NCBI GenBank assembly: GCA_965231105.1
Contig: OZ246417.1
Location: 100,094 to 164,093, forward strand
DNA length: 64,000 bases
Reading direction: 5' to 3'
From: an uncultured Candidatus Saccharibacteria bacterium
Lineage (GTDB): Bacteria; Patescibacteriota; Saccharimonadia; Saccharimonadales; JACDBH01
Shown: positions 38,571 to 48,129 of the stretch, piece by piece
Layout of the letters: every line of letters starts with the position of its first letter
How positions within the stretch are numbered: position 1 is the stretch's first letter
Notes under the pieces: model-generated
Seen by the model: only the letters and a program-made list of their open reading frames with translations
Told to the model about the DNA's origin: nothing
The model's database searches: none
Position numbers and translations under genes: made by a program

Positions 38571-39814
38571 ACATAAACGCTGGCCGTTCTCGCCGCCGGC
38601 CGGTGCTCGGGGAGGGAAACCGGCGAAAACACCGTCCCGACTATTGGCTGCCTCTTTTAGCAACTGGTTTGCTCGCGATTGGACTTGTTGTTGTCTATGC
38701 TATTAGTCCTGGTGTGAGCGTTCAGAAGGGTGTATCTGAAGGTTATTACATATCAAAACAACTCTTTGCTATTGGGCTTGGGGTTGTCGCCTTCTTGGTT
38801 CTTTCGCGTATCCCGTATCAGAAGTGGCGACTGGCGGTAAAACCACTTATTATTGCCTCAGTCCTAGCAGCAATTGCCGTTGCGCTCTTTGGCACAAGAG
38901 TTAATGGAGCGTACCGCTGGGTGCAGATTGGCGGCGTGTCCTTTCAGGCGGCAGAGCTTATAAAATTTACGCTGCTCATTTGGCTGGCTGATTTATTAGC
39001 AAGCCGAAAACAGCAGGGCCAACTTGGCAATGAACAACAAACCTTAAAGCCTATTGTTATTGCGATTGTAGCCGTAGGGGCGGTGGTAGCAGGATTACAA
39101 AGTGACCTCGGTTCTACCGTTGTTATGATGGGTATGGTGGCGGCCATGGTATTTATTGCAGGCGTACCTATGAAAAGACTTTTAACCATTGGCGCTATTG
39201 TGGGGGTAGGGGTGGTGCTTCTTATTGCCTCAACGCCGTATAGACGGGCACGCTTAAGCACGTTCCTTAATCCGGCAGCAGATTGTCAGAATGCTGGTTA
39301 TCAGTCGTGTCAGGCGTTAATTGCGGTTGGATCAGGAGGTATGTTTGGTCTCGGTCTTGGACGTAGTGTGCAGGCGTATGGATACACCCCCGAAGCAGCC
39401 AACGACTCCATCTTTGCCATCTTAGCTGAAATGTTTGGATTTATAGGGGCACTGGTGGTTATCGGCGCATACATCGTCTTTTTTGGACGGATGTCGAAGA
39501 TTAGTGAACGAGCCCCCGATGACTTTGCGGGGCTTTTGGTAATTGGCATCTTAGCCTGGTTTAGCGTACAGACAATGATCAATATAGGTGCCATGATTGG
39601 TATTCTGCCGTTGAAGGGAATCACACTTCCATTTGTGAGTTATGGCGGTACTAGTCTTTTGTTTGTCACCGGCGCATTAGGGTTAGTTTTTCAGATTTCG
39701 CGGTATAGTACCTATATTACCGATAGTAATGCAGGAGGCGTAAGGAATGAAGATACTCCTTACGGGCGGGGGAACGGGCGGCCATATTACACCGCTGCTA
39801 GCCGTCGCTCATGA
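38567..39814 (+). CDS. ftsW: SEDS-family peptidoglycan polymerase FtsW/RodA
   Basis: ATGA overlap with mraY. Shows FQAAELIKF, DLGSTVV, PEAANDSIFA and LPFVSYGGTS motifs. Confidence 0.9.
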   Translation: MNINAGRSRRRPVLGEGNRRKHRPDYWLPLLATGLLAIGLVVVYAISPGVSVQKGVSEGYYISKQLFAIGLGVVAFLVLSRIPYQKWRLAVKPLIIASVLAAIAVALFGTRVNGAYRWVQIGGVSFQAAELIKFTLLIWLADLLASRKQQGQLGNEQQTLKPIVIAIVAVGAVVAGLQSDLGSTVVMMGMVAAMVFIAGVPMKRLLTIGAIVGVGVVLLIASTPYRRARLSTFLNPAADCQNAGYQSCQALIAVGSGGMFGLGLGRSVQAYGYTPEAANDSIFAILAEMFGFIGALVVIGAYIVFFGRMSKISERAPDDFAGLLVIGILAWFSVQTMINIGAMIGILPLKGITLPFVSYGGTSLLFVTGALGLVFQISRYSTYITDSNAGGVRNEDTPYGRGNGRPYYTAASRRS

Positions 39815-40913
39815 ACTTAAAAAGCTAGACCCCACTATTGAGCTTTATGGTGTCTGTGAACGAGACGCCAAATTTGTACACCTTTATGAAGCAGATACGG
39901 CTATTGCGCAAGTATTTCAGATTCCAGCTGGTAAGCTCAGACGTTATGGGGGTGAGAGTGTACTCAAGCGAATTACCGATGTTCGTACGATGCTTCTCAA
40001 TACACGTGATCTCTCGCGTACAGTACGTGGTTTTAGACAGGCTAAGAAAATGCTGAAAGAGCTACAGCCAGACGGTATTGTGATTAAGGGCGGATTTGTG
40101 GGAGTGCCTGTAGGACTTGCAGCGGCCAGTCTTAAAATTCCGTTTATTACACACGATTCAGATTCTGTTCCCGGCCTCGCAAACCGTATCGTAGCTCGTT
40201 GGGCACATAAACATGCTACGGGTATGCCCGCAGAATTTTATACCTATCCTACAGATAAGACGATTTTTACCGGTATCCCTGTCACTAATCAGTTTGTCCC
40301 TGTTACATCAGATCTTATGGCTGAGTACCGGACGTCTACTGGCTTACAAGGCTGCGAGCAGGTACTGACCATAATAGGTGGCAGCCAAGGGGCAGGGCAG
40401 TTAAATGATGATGTGATTAGTATCGTAGGCCGACTTATGCAGCAGCATCCAAAACTTGGTATTGCACACATAGTGGGCGCCTCTCATGAGCAATACATGA
40501 TCCAGCAGTATAAAAAAGAACTACTTGCCGATGAGCTACGAAGAGTAGTAGTAAAGGGATTTGTAGACGATGTGTATCGCTATACGGGAGCAGCAGATGT
40601 GGTAGTAAGCCGTGCCTCAGCTACCGTTTTAGCAGAGTTAGCCATTCAAGGTAAGGCAGTTATTCTGGTGCCGGGACAACTAGCGGGTGGGCATCAATAC
40701 AAAAACGCCAAACATCTTTCTGATAATAACCAGGCAGAAATGGTACCGCATAGTGATGCCGAGGGGCTCTATAAGGCAGTTACTGAACTTCTTAATAACT
40801 CTCAGAGGCGTAATGAAATTAAGACTAATCTGGCAACTTTGGCAAAACCAGATGCCGCGAAAGAACTCGCACAGCTCATTATTGATTCATTTAACAAGGG
40901 CAGTGGGGCATAA
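39747..40913 (+). CDS. murG: UDP-N-acetylglucosamine--N-acetylmuramyl-(pentapeptide) pyrophosphoryl-undecaprenol GlcNAc transferase
   Basis: MKILLTGGGTGGHITP with an AGGAGG RBS. It overlaps the ftsW 3' end by 68 nt. Confidence 0.9.
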   Translation: MKILLTGGGTGGHITPLLAVAHELKKLDPTIELYGVCERDAKFVHLYEADTAIAQVFQIPAGKLRRYGGESVLKRITDVRTMLLNTRDLSRTVRGFRQAKKMLKELQPDGIVIKGGFVGVPVGLAAASLKIPFITHDSDSVPGLANRIVARWAHKHATGMPAEFYTYPTDKTIFTGIPVTNQFVPVTSDLMAEYRTSTGLQGCEQVLTIIGGSQGAGQLNDDVISIVGRLMQQHPKLGIAHIVGASHEQYMIQQYKKELLADELRRVVVKGFVDDVYRYTGAADVVVSRASATVLAELAIQGKAVILVPGQLAGGHQYKNAKHLSDNNQAEMVPHSDAEGLYKAVTELLNNSQRRNEIKTNLATLAKPDAAKELAQLIIDSFNKGSGA

Positions 40914-41822
40914 GTGGCAGCTAGGTTATTTGGTGGGAAGCAAAAAGATGTTCCTCGACGTGGTAGTGTGGAGCGGCTGTCTCGTCGCCCAAGTTTTTCT
41001 TATTACTCAGCAGAAAATACAAATAAAGGAGGGCAGGGAGCTCGTCTTCGCCCCCAGGTGGAAGAGAGAGGGCTGCGTCTTCCTTCGTTACGTTCACTCC
41101 CCACAGTTCTCGCGTTAGGAGCAATCCTAATAAGCATTGTGTATAGTACAACATTGAGTTCGGCTCCCAAAATTCTTTTTGCCGACGGTACATCGCCCTA
41201 TCGTTCTACAGCAGAGTACCAAACTGAAATACAAAAAAAACTTCGAGCTTCTCTGCTTAATCAAAGCAAACTTACTATCGATACGGCCAAGATTGAAAAA
41301 GAAATCCTTGCTCATTTTCCTGAGCTGGATGCAGCCCGATTGGTGCTGCCTATTATTGGACGGCGGCCAGCTTTAACGCTCCATGTTCGTCAGCCAATTT
41401 TGCTCATGACTACCAAAACAAATGCCCTGGTCGTGGACGCCACCGGTAAGGTTGTAAGCACAAGCCAACAACTGTTAAGCAGCGAAGTCGATGCGCTGTT
41501 GCCCGTGCAAGACGAAAGTAGTCTCGAACTGAAGGTTGGAGACCAGGCAGTTACCACTGAAACGGTTGCATTCATACACAACATAGGCCAGCAGCTGGCC
41601 GATAAAAAGCTAGATATAGATAGGCTTATTTTGCCGGCGATTGCCAATGAACTGGATGTGTATATTAAAGGGCAGGCATACTTCGTGAAAATGGACGTCA
41701 GCGGGGACCCACGAGCTCAAGCAGGGACGTTTCTCGCGGCACGCAATAATCTTTTAGAGAACGATAGTTCGCCGGCAGAGTATATGGACGTACGGGTAGA
41801 AGAAAAAGTTTTCTATAAATAG
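40914..41822 (+). CDS. FtsQ/DivIB-like cell-division protein
   Basis: GTG start, a basic N terminus, a single TM helix (VLALGAILISIVYSTTL) and an extracytoplasmic POTRA-sized domain. It sits after murG. Confidence 0.55.
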   Translation: MAARLFGGKQKDVPRRGSVERLSRRPSFSYYSAENTNKGGQGARLRPQVEERGLRLPSLRSLPTVLALGAILISIVYSTTLSSAPKILFADGTSPYRSTAEYQTEIQKKLRASLLNQSKLTIDTAKIEKEILAHFPELDAARLVLPIIGRRPALTLHVRQPILLMTTKTNALVVDATGKVVSTSQQLLSSEVDALLPVQDESSLELKVGDQAVTTETVAFIHNIGQQLADKKLDIDRLILPAIANELDVYIKGQAYFVKMDVSGDPRAQAGTFLAARNNLLENDSSPAEYMDVRVEEKVFYK

Positions 41823-42337
41823 CATTCCCCCGCTACCCCTTCTTATCGTTCGTAATTTGTTCATAATGTATGTTATAGCAAACTAAAAAGTATATAAAGA
41901 TACTAAAATAAGAAATGTCAAACAGTAGGAGAGGGGAATAGGGGAAGGGCGAAAATTTTGTGAAATGTGCCGTGAAAAGTACAGCAAGAGCACACATTTC
42001 ACGACAGGTCAAATATCCATAGCGTGAATTTCACATGTGAGTTAAGGATCATTTAATCCATGTAGTATAGGCTTAATAGGCCTGCGGTACGGTTACGTGG
42101 TTTTTTGTGGGGCCTGAGACCGCACTGCAGGGTCTTTAAGCGCATAAGCACTATTTTCCCCTGTTAGTAGACGTATCGTTAATCATCTCTATTCATATAA
42201 TTAGAGTCGTAAAATATACATTGTGCGACATCTCGTCTATATGCACTTCCAATGCTCTGCTGGTCTTATCATTCCGGCTCTCGGCCACTTTTGTTTTTAG
42301 AAATTTATAAATTTTGTTAATCCCTGCCTTGTTTATG

Positions 42338-42368
42338 CCTTTTATATAAAAAGCGTCCATATGGACGC
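42338..42368 (-). terminator. rho-independent terminator
   Basis: Perfect 16-bp palindrome GCGTCCATATGGACGC (42353-42368), followed on the minus strand by TTTTTATATAAAAGG. It lies downstream of ORF 42416..42979. Confidence 0.65.
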
Positions 42369-42415
42369 TCTGCATGTTCATTATGGGCCTACTGCCCTTG
42401 TTCGTAATTTGTATG

Positions 42416-42979
42416 CTATAGGCCAATATCTATGCCATAAGACTTGGAGAGGTCTCGCGTATATCTGACTGGGGCTACAACGAGGGGCTGATGTCCATGC
42501 CACACATGATCCGGCTGCGTGTTCTGAAGATTAAAAATCGACCTGCCTAACCTGCGATAGCTCGATACATTAAGTACAGGGTACGTATTAAATCGCATAA
42601 CACCGTAATCTGGGGGATAATTTAACCGACTGATATGATCAAACTCCAGAGAAACATCATCTGGAAGCTCTGCGGTAAATTTTAAGCCAGCGGGGCTTAT
42701 CTGCAATACGCTGTCCCTCGGCTCATCAAAAGAAGATCCTTTTTTAAGTCGCTCTAAAACATAGACTCCAAGGGCTCTGTGGTGAACTGCCAGTCCTATG
42801 ACCGACATGTCAGAGTAGCTAGAGTCTGGGACCTCAACATGAGTACTATCTCCAGGCAAAAGTATTTCAGGTTCAGCAAGAACCTGAACCCCTCGAGGGA
42901 GAAAACTGTCAGGATCGATTATGCTTTGTCTCGCCTGGGGTGCAGTACCTTCAGCAAATGCAGGGGCAATCGCAGACAT
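42416..42979 (-). CDS. hypothetical protein
   Basis: ORF with no recognised family. I chose the ATG at 42979, immediately after the upstream stop, over the overlapping start at 43021. Confidence 0.4.
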   Translation of the reverse strand: MSAIAPAFAEGTAPQARQSIIDPDSFLPRGVQVLAEPEILLPGDSTHVEVPDSSYSDMSVIGLAVHHRALGVYVLERLKKGSSFDEPRDSVLQISPAGLKFTAELPDDVSLEFDHISRLNYPPDYGVMRFNTYPVLNVSSYRRLGRSIFNLQNTQPDHVWHGHQPLVVAPVRYTRDLSKSYGIDIGL

Positions 42980-42980
42980 T

Positions 42981-44027
42981 TTATTCACTCTCTGCAAGCG
43001 TATAGGTTGCCTTAGCAACACGCTTAAACTGACTCTTGCCTTGGAGGTTGAGAAGGATGGTGGTTTCCTTTACGTAACGGTTCTTAAGTACGCGCTTAAC
43101 GATTTCGTCGCGGTGGAGGGGCTCCCCTGCCTTCTTGAGAACTTCAGTAATAATATCGGCAACCGTTCCCTTCTTATAGCCCCATTCCTTTAAGGCATAG
43201 ATACCACGGCCAATTAGTACAAAACGATCATCTTTAATCAATTCGTTGTGAATAGCTTGGGTGGTTACGTCCTTGCGCTTGAAAGAAGAGTCTTTAATAG
43301 ACTTAGCGATGTCGTTAAAATGCATGTGCTTGCCACTTTCGTGCAAAATAACGTAGATCTTATCGCGAATATTCTTTGGGTTGACCATAGGCCACTTCGT
43401 AAGGCCCCAACGGCCATTAAGGGTAGCAACAAGCTTGCTCACGCTTGCAAGTGCCTGTACGTGATCTATATTGCCGTTCTTCACTGCCTCGGCAACAGCT
43501 TGGATTTGCGTTGGTTCGCCAATCTTCTTGATGGCATCCACAACTGCATTAACCTTCTCTTTAATACCCTTTTCGTCATGCTCTGCACTAATACCAACAG
43601 CGTGGTAATAGTTATCATTTTCTTCAAGTACAGCAAGTTTAGGGCTCAACATAGCGATAAAAGAGAGACGAGCTTGTTCAAGCTTGTCGTTTTCTTTGCC
43701 AAGCTTTGCGCTTAAGTCACTAATACGAGCTACTTTGCCCATCTCCTGTAAAGCAGTAACAAGTGCCTCTTGGATGGTAAGGATATGAGGGATTTCGCCC
43801 TTAGCAGAACTTGCCTTTAAGCGCGTAACGGCTGCTTTTTCAAGCTGACGAACACGCTCTCTGGTGATACCAAGTAATTCACCGATCTGTTCGAGAGTCT
43901 CGCGACGGTCAAAAAGGCCAAAACGACGTGAAACAATCTCACGCTCCCTTTCCCGCTCAATAGTAGCAAGTATGTCATTAATGACAGTTTCGATCTGTAG
44001 AGTCTGAGCTGTGGCTGTTTCGGCCAT
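42981..44027 (-). CDS. sigma-70 region-4 HTH plus repeated HARE-HTH-like winged-helix protein
   Basis: N-terminal ETLEQIGELLGITRERVRQLEKAAVTRLK (sigma region 4). Three modules follow, ending in GRWGLTKW, IGRGIYALKEW and a C-terminal KATYTLAE, resembling RpoE-delta-type HARE-HTH. Confidence 0.55.
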   Translation of the reverse strand: MAETATAQTLQIETVINDILATIEREREREIVSRRFGLFDRRETLEQIGELLGITRERVRQLEKAAVTRLKASSAKGEIPHILTIQEALVTALQEMGKVARISDLSAKLGKENDKLEQARLSFIAMLSPKLAVLEENDNYYHAVGISAEHDEKGIKEKVNAVVDAIKKIGEPTQIQAVAEAVKNGNIDHVQALASVSKLVATLNGRWGLTKWPMVNPKNIRDKIYVILHESGKHMHFNDIAKSIKDSSFKRKDVTTQAIHNELIKDDRFVLIGRGIYALKEWGYKKGTVADIITEVLKKAGEPLHRDEIVKRVLKNRYVKETTILLNLQGKSQFKRVAKATYTLAESE

Positions 44028-44094
44028 GAATGATTACTCTCTTTCCTTCTGAAAATAATTGAAATAACAGGAGTCATTTCATGCTAATTTAATT

Positions 44095-44123
44095 ATTTTA
44101 ACAGCTAAATTTTTAAATGTCAA
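44095..44123 (-). promoter_or_regulatory. sigma-70-type promoter (TTGACA-17-TAAAAT) on minus strand
   Basis: The minus strand reads TTGACA-tttaaaaatttagctgt-TAAAAT, about 70 nt upstream of the ATG at 44027. Confidence 0.55.
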
Positions 44124-44287
44124 ACATAGTTTTTGCTGATATTATTGTAGCACCAAATAGCCTTTTTAGCACAAACGGTTTATGGCAATATTCCCATAAA
44201 ATATATTAGTAATCTGGTCGAATTGTGGATAAATTGCCTTTTAATGCTCTACTACTCGTAAAAATTATACCACTGAACGGTAACGGG

Positions 44288-46582
44288 CTATTTCTTCTTT
44301 GTAAACTTACGTCTACCGAAGGACTTCTTTGCAGGTGCTGCATCAAGCAATGCCTGTGCTTCGCCCTCTGTTATCTTTGTTGGATCGGCATCTTTTGCGA
44401 TTCGGGCGTTCTTCTTGCCATCAGTAACATATGGCCCATACGGACCACGTAGTATCTTTATCTTACCAAAATCAGCGATATTACGATCGGCTATCTCTTT
44501 TAATTTGGCTGCGAATAGTTCTCTTGCCTTAGCTTCGGTAATAGTAAGAGGGCTATCTTCTTTCAGCGACACGTAGGTTTTCTCTACCTGGATATAGGGA
44601 CCGAAGCGTCCAATGTTCGCTAAAATATCTTTGCCATCATCTGTTTTGCCAACCGTTCGCGGAAGGTCGAACATCGGTAAGGCGGCCTCTAAAGTTACAC
44701 TATCCATATCTGTTCCATCAGGGAGCGGTGCAAAGGCGGGTTTTTCGTCATCAGTTGCCTCGCCTCGCTGTAGCATCGGCCCATAGCGTCCAAAGCGCAC
44801 AACAATAGGCTTGCCCGTCTTTGGGTCAGCACCAAGGGTGCGTGCCTGAGAAGTTTCAGCCCTCGTAACATCGGCAGAGGCTTTTACTAGCGGCTTGAAG
44901 TCGCCATTATAAAACTCGCTGATCATCTTATTCCAGGCAGTTTTACCTTCAGCGATATCGTCAAACTCTCTTTCTGCTTTCACCGTAAAGTCATAGTCGA
45001 CGATGGGTCCAAAATACTTAGTGAGGAAGTCGGTTGTCACTTCGGCAACAGCAGTTGGAATAAGCTTATTTCTGTCCGCTCCAAAGCGTTCTTTGACTGT
45101 TTCGTCATTGATCTTATTCTTAACCAGTTGTAGGACCCGGACATCACGTTCGTTGCCTTCAAGATCCTTCTTTTCTATATAGCCACGGTCCTGGATAGTA
45201 GAGATTGTTGGTGCATAGGTACTTGGACGGCCAATACCCATCTCTTCCAACGCCTTTACAAGAGATGCCTCAGAGTAGCGAGCCGGTGGGCGAGAGAAAT
45301 TTTCTTTTGCAGTCATTTGCTCGAGGCTAACGGTTTGGCCCTGCTTTAGTTCAGGCAGTAGTACATCGTCCTTACCACCGCCATAGACCTTGAAATAACC
45401 ATCAAAGATAAGAACTTCACCTTTGGCAACAAACTTTTCAGGGCGATTGCTGATATCAATACTTACTTCGGTACGATCTACTTCAGCGGCAGCCATCTGG
45501 CTACTGAGTGTCCGCTGCCAGATAAGTTTATAAAGTTTTTCTTGCTGTGAATCATTGCCAGCCACGGTCTTATTAAAATCAGTTGGACGGATGGCTTCGT
45601 GAGCTTCCTGGGCGCTTTCGTTTTTGGTCTTAAACTGACGGCGGTGATAGTACTTAGCCCCAAAGTTAGACATGATATAGTCTTCGGCTGCCTTAAGGGC
45701 GAGCCCTGAGAGTGTAGTGCTATCGGTACGCATATAGGTAATAAGGCCGCTTTCATAGAGTCGCTGTGCAACAGACATGGTCTGTCGAACGCTAAAGCCG
45801 AGACGACGGGCTGCCTCTTGTTGCAAGGTACTGGTAGTAAATGGTGTGCCCGGACTACGGGTGCCGGGCTTCTTTGTAATAGCAGATACCTTGAAAGTAC
45901 TTGCTGTGCAGGCTTCTAAGAATACGCGAGCAGCTGCTTCGTCTTTTGGCTTTTCATTGAGCTCTGCAGGAAACGTTTCTTTGCCGGATGAGAAATCGGC
46001 AGTGACTTTAAAGTCGCTCTGGGTATTGTGGGCACTAATCTCCCGTTCACGCTCCACAATAAGACGTACTGCTACTGACTGTACGCGGCCAGCGCTTAAG
46101 CCAGCTCGGACCTTTTTCCAGAGAACGGGAGACAACTCGTAGCCTACCAAGCGGTCCAATACTCGGCGGGCCTGCTGGGCATCTACAAGATGTAAATCAA
46201 CAGTTCGGGGATTCTCTATAGCGTCTAGAATCGCGGGCTTAGTGATTTCATGAAAAACAATGCGCTTGGTTTTCTTCGTATCCAGGCCGAGGGCAACACA
46301 TAAATGCCAGGCAATAGCCTCTCCTTCGCGGTCTTCATCAGTTGCGAGCCAGACTGCCTCGGCGCCTTTTGCTAGTTTTTTAAGTTCTGAGACTACCTTC
46401 TTTTTATCAGGGCTAATCTCGTATGTGGGTGCAAAGTCTTTCGCCTTATCTATACTAAGACCTTTTTTGGGAAGATCGCGGATATGGCCAAAACTACTTT
46501 TGACCGTATACTCTTTGCCTAAGTATTGTTCAATAGTCTTGGCTTTCGCCGGGGACTCAACGATGACTAAGTTCTTGCTCAT
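44288..46582 (-). CDS. topA: DNA topoisomerase I
   Basis: Toprim N terminus (LVIVESPAKAKTI), ITYMRTDS active-site Tyr, C-terminal GPYGPY repeats and a Lys-rich tail without Zn fingers. Confidence 0.95.
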   Translation of the reverse strand: MSKNLVIVESPAKAKTIEQYLGKEYTVKSSFGHIRDLPKKGLSIDKAKDFAPTYEISPDKKKVVSELKKLAKGAEAVWLATDEDREGEAIAWHLCVALGLDTKKTKRIVFHEITKPAILDAIENPRTVDLHLVDAQQARRVLDRLVGYELSPVLWKKVRAGLSAGRVQSVAVRLIVEREREISAHNTQSDFKVTADFSSGKETFPAELNEKPKDEAAARVFLEACTASTFKVSAITKKPGTRSPGTPFTTSTLQQEAARRLGFSVRQTMSVAQRLYESGLITYMRTDSTTLSGLALKAAEDYIMSNFGAKYYHRRQFKTKNESAQEAHEAIRPTDFNKTVAGNDSQQEKLYKLIWQRTLSSQMAAAEVDRTEVSIDISNRPEKFVAKGEVLIFDGYFKVYGGGKDDVLLPELKQGQTVSLEQMTAKENFSRPPARYSEASLVKALEEMGIGRPSTYAPTISTIQDRGYIEKKDLEGNERDVRVLQLVKNKINDETVKERFGADRNKLIPTAVAEVTTDFLTKYFGPIVDYDFTVKAEREFDDIAEGKTAWNKMISEFYNGDFKPLVKASADVTRAETSQARTLGADPKTGKPIVVRFGRYGPMLQRGEATDDEKPAFAPLPDGTDMDSVTLEAALPMFDLPRTVGKTDDGKDILANIGRFGPYIQVEKTYVSLKEDSPLTITEAKARELFAAKLKEIADRNIADFGKIKILRGPYGPYVTDGKKNARIAKDADPTKITEGEAQALLDAAPAKKSFGRRKFTKKK

Positions 46583-46668
46583 GCTTAATGTATAACGCCT
46601 AGTGTATCAAATTGGATTGCCAGCCTCATACCCTACTTTATTTTTTGACGCTGTACAAGCTCTTTTAT

Positions 46669-47361
46669 TTAAGAAAGCTTTTGTAACTCTTTTATACGAA
46701 GCTCAGGAGGACTTAGTTGTAGGTGCTCTTCTCCTAAGTGACTCTCGATATAGCCGTTAAGTAAATTTCTGGCCTCGGCTATAGCCGGACTTCCTGATTC
46801 GAATGTGCCTACCACGAGAGATCTTATGTATGGGGGTTCCTTAAGTTCCAGTGCCTTACTCACGGTTTGTACTTCTTGCGCCAGGAGTTCTCGAGATGTG
46901 TCGTCGGGGGTGAGGCCTAAGAAGCTTCTGTTGCCTCCGGTAAATTCTGCCACGCGCCATCCACTAAAACGTATAACTTCTCTGGCAGCTGAAGTAACAC
47001 TTCTAAGTCTCTCCAAGGTGCCTTCGAGTCCAAAAAGTCGAACAGCGTGCTGGCCAAGTTTATCATCAAGCAGCTTAACGCGCGGATCAGGATGAAGGAA
47101 TTCTTTAACACTTCTAAAGTCTGGATGATCATAATAGCCCGGACGAGACCCTGTTCTGGCAAGGACAGGGTATTCTTTCACGGGCGTATAAGCACGGGGA
47201 GCTAAAGAAGTAGAGGCAGATGGCTCCCGCTCCCTAACCCGTCTTGGAGTAAAACCATGTGCAGAGTTTTCGTGTACCCAACTGGCAGCTCGCCTTTCAG
47301 CTGCACTACCACCTCTTCCCGGTAACCCGCCTCTTATTTGGGATGGTTTTCTTCGTGTCAT
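46669..47361 (-). CDS. hypothetical protein
   Basis: 230-aa ORF with an Arg-rich disordered N terminus. No family recognised. Confidence 0.4.
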   Translation of the reverse strand: MTRRKPSQIRGGLPGRGGSAAERRAASWVHENSAHGFTPRRVREREPSASTSLAPRAYTPVKEYPVLARTGSRPGYYDHPDFRSVKEFLHPDPRVKLLDDKLGQHAVRLFGLEGTLERLRSVTSAAREVIRFSGWRVAEFTGGNRSFLGLTPDDTSRELLAQEVQTVSKALELKEPPYIRSLVVGTFESGSPAIAEARNLLNGYIESHLGEEHLQLSPPELRIKELQKLS

Positions 47362-47412
47362 GTGATGTCTAGGCTACTATACAAATTACCCAAAAAAAAG
47401 CATAAGTAGTTT

Positions 47413-48063
47413 TTACGATTGTCTCCAACCCAACTCTTCGAAAATATCCTGTACAGAAGTAACGGGGACTGCACCATTTCGAATAAGCTCGTTGCAACCT
47501 GCGCTTAAGGGGCTGGTAATGTTGCCCGGTACAGCAAAGACAGGTTTTCCCAGTTCCAGTGCAAAATCAGCTGTATGAAGCGACCCACTCTTTTCGGCCG
47601 CCTCTATGACAAGCAGCCCATCACTGAGCGCAGCAATAATACGATTACGTGCAATGAAATAATGTTTGTACGGTGTTTCGGAATGCTCATATTCACTGAC
47701 AAGTGTTCCTTCATTCTCGACAATCTGCTTAGCGAGCTTTTGATGCGAGCGCGGATAGATATTTCCTAACCCTGAAGGAAGCACAGCAATTGTTTGCCCG
47801 CCTACTTCTAAGCAGGCTTGATGAGCGATAGAGTCAATACCTAAAGCCAGCCCACTCACGACCACGATCCCCTGTTTAGTAAGCTCCGTAACGAGCATTT
47901 TTGTTACGGCTATACCGTATGAAGTGGGCGTGCGGGTGCCTACAACTCCTATACGGGGTTTTGTTAATAACGCTTCCAGATCTTCTCCGGCGACATGAAG
48001 CGTGCGTGGCTGCTGCGCTAAACCCTCGAACGCCGCTATATCTGTTCCCTGAAGCGTAAGCAT
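47413..48063 (-). CDS. dprA: DNA processing protein DprA (Rossmann core only)
   Basis: GVVGTRTPTSYG, VVSGLALGIDSIAH, ARNRIIAALS and EAAEKSGSLHTA. At 216 aa it lacks the usual N- and C-terminal accessory domains. Confidence 0.85.
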   Translation of the reverse strand: MLTLQGTDIAAFEGLAQQPRTLHVAGEDLEALLTKPRIGVVGTRTPTSYGIAVTKMLVTELTKQGIVVVSGLALGIDSIAHQACLEVGGQTIAVLPSGLGNIYPRSHQKLAKQIVENEGTLVSEYEHSETPYKHYFIARNRIIAALSDGLLVIEAAEKSGSLHTADFALELGKPVFAVPGNITSPLSAGCNELIRNGAVPVTSVQDIFEELGWRQS

Positions 48064-48094
48064 GTTGACAAAATCACCGGATTATTTATAAGTA

Positions 48095-48123
48095 TTGACA
48101 ATATGTCATATGTTTGCTAAAAT
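48095..48123 (+). promoter_or_regulatory. sigma-70-type promoter (TTGACA-17-TAAAAT)
   Basis: TTGACA at 48095-48100, a 17-nt spacer and TAAAAT at 48118-48123. A second TTGACA-16-TATAAG lies at 48065-48092. Confidence 0.55.
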
Positions 48124-48129
48124 GGCAAT

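Noticed and set aside
40687-41118. 143-aa plus-strand ORF spanning the murG/ftsQ junction.
   Set aside because: It is an alternative frame of two well-supported genes, with no family signal.
42193-42426. 77-aa minus-strand ORF in the ftsQ-downstream gap.
   Set aside because: It runs straight through the GCGTCCATATGGACGC terminator hairpin of the upstream gene and has AT-rich, low-complexity composition. It is more likely non-coding.
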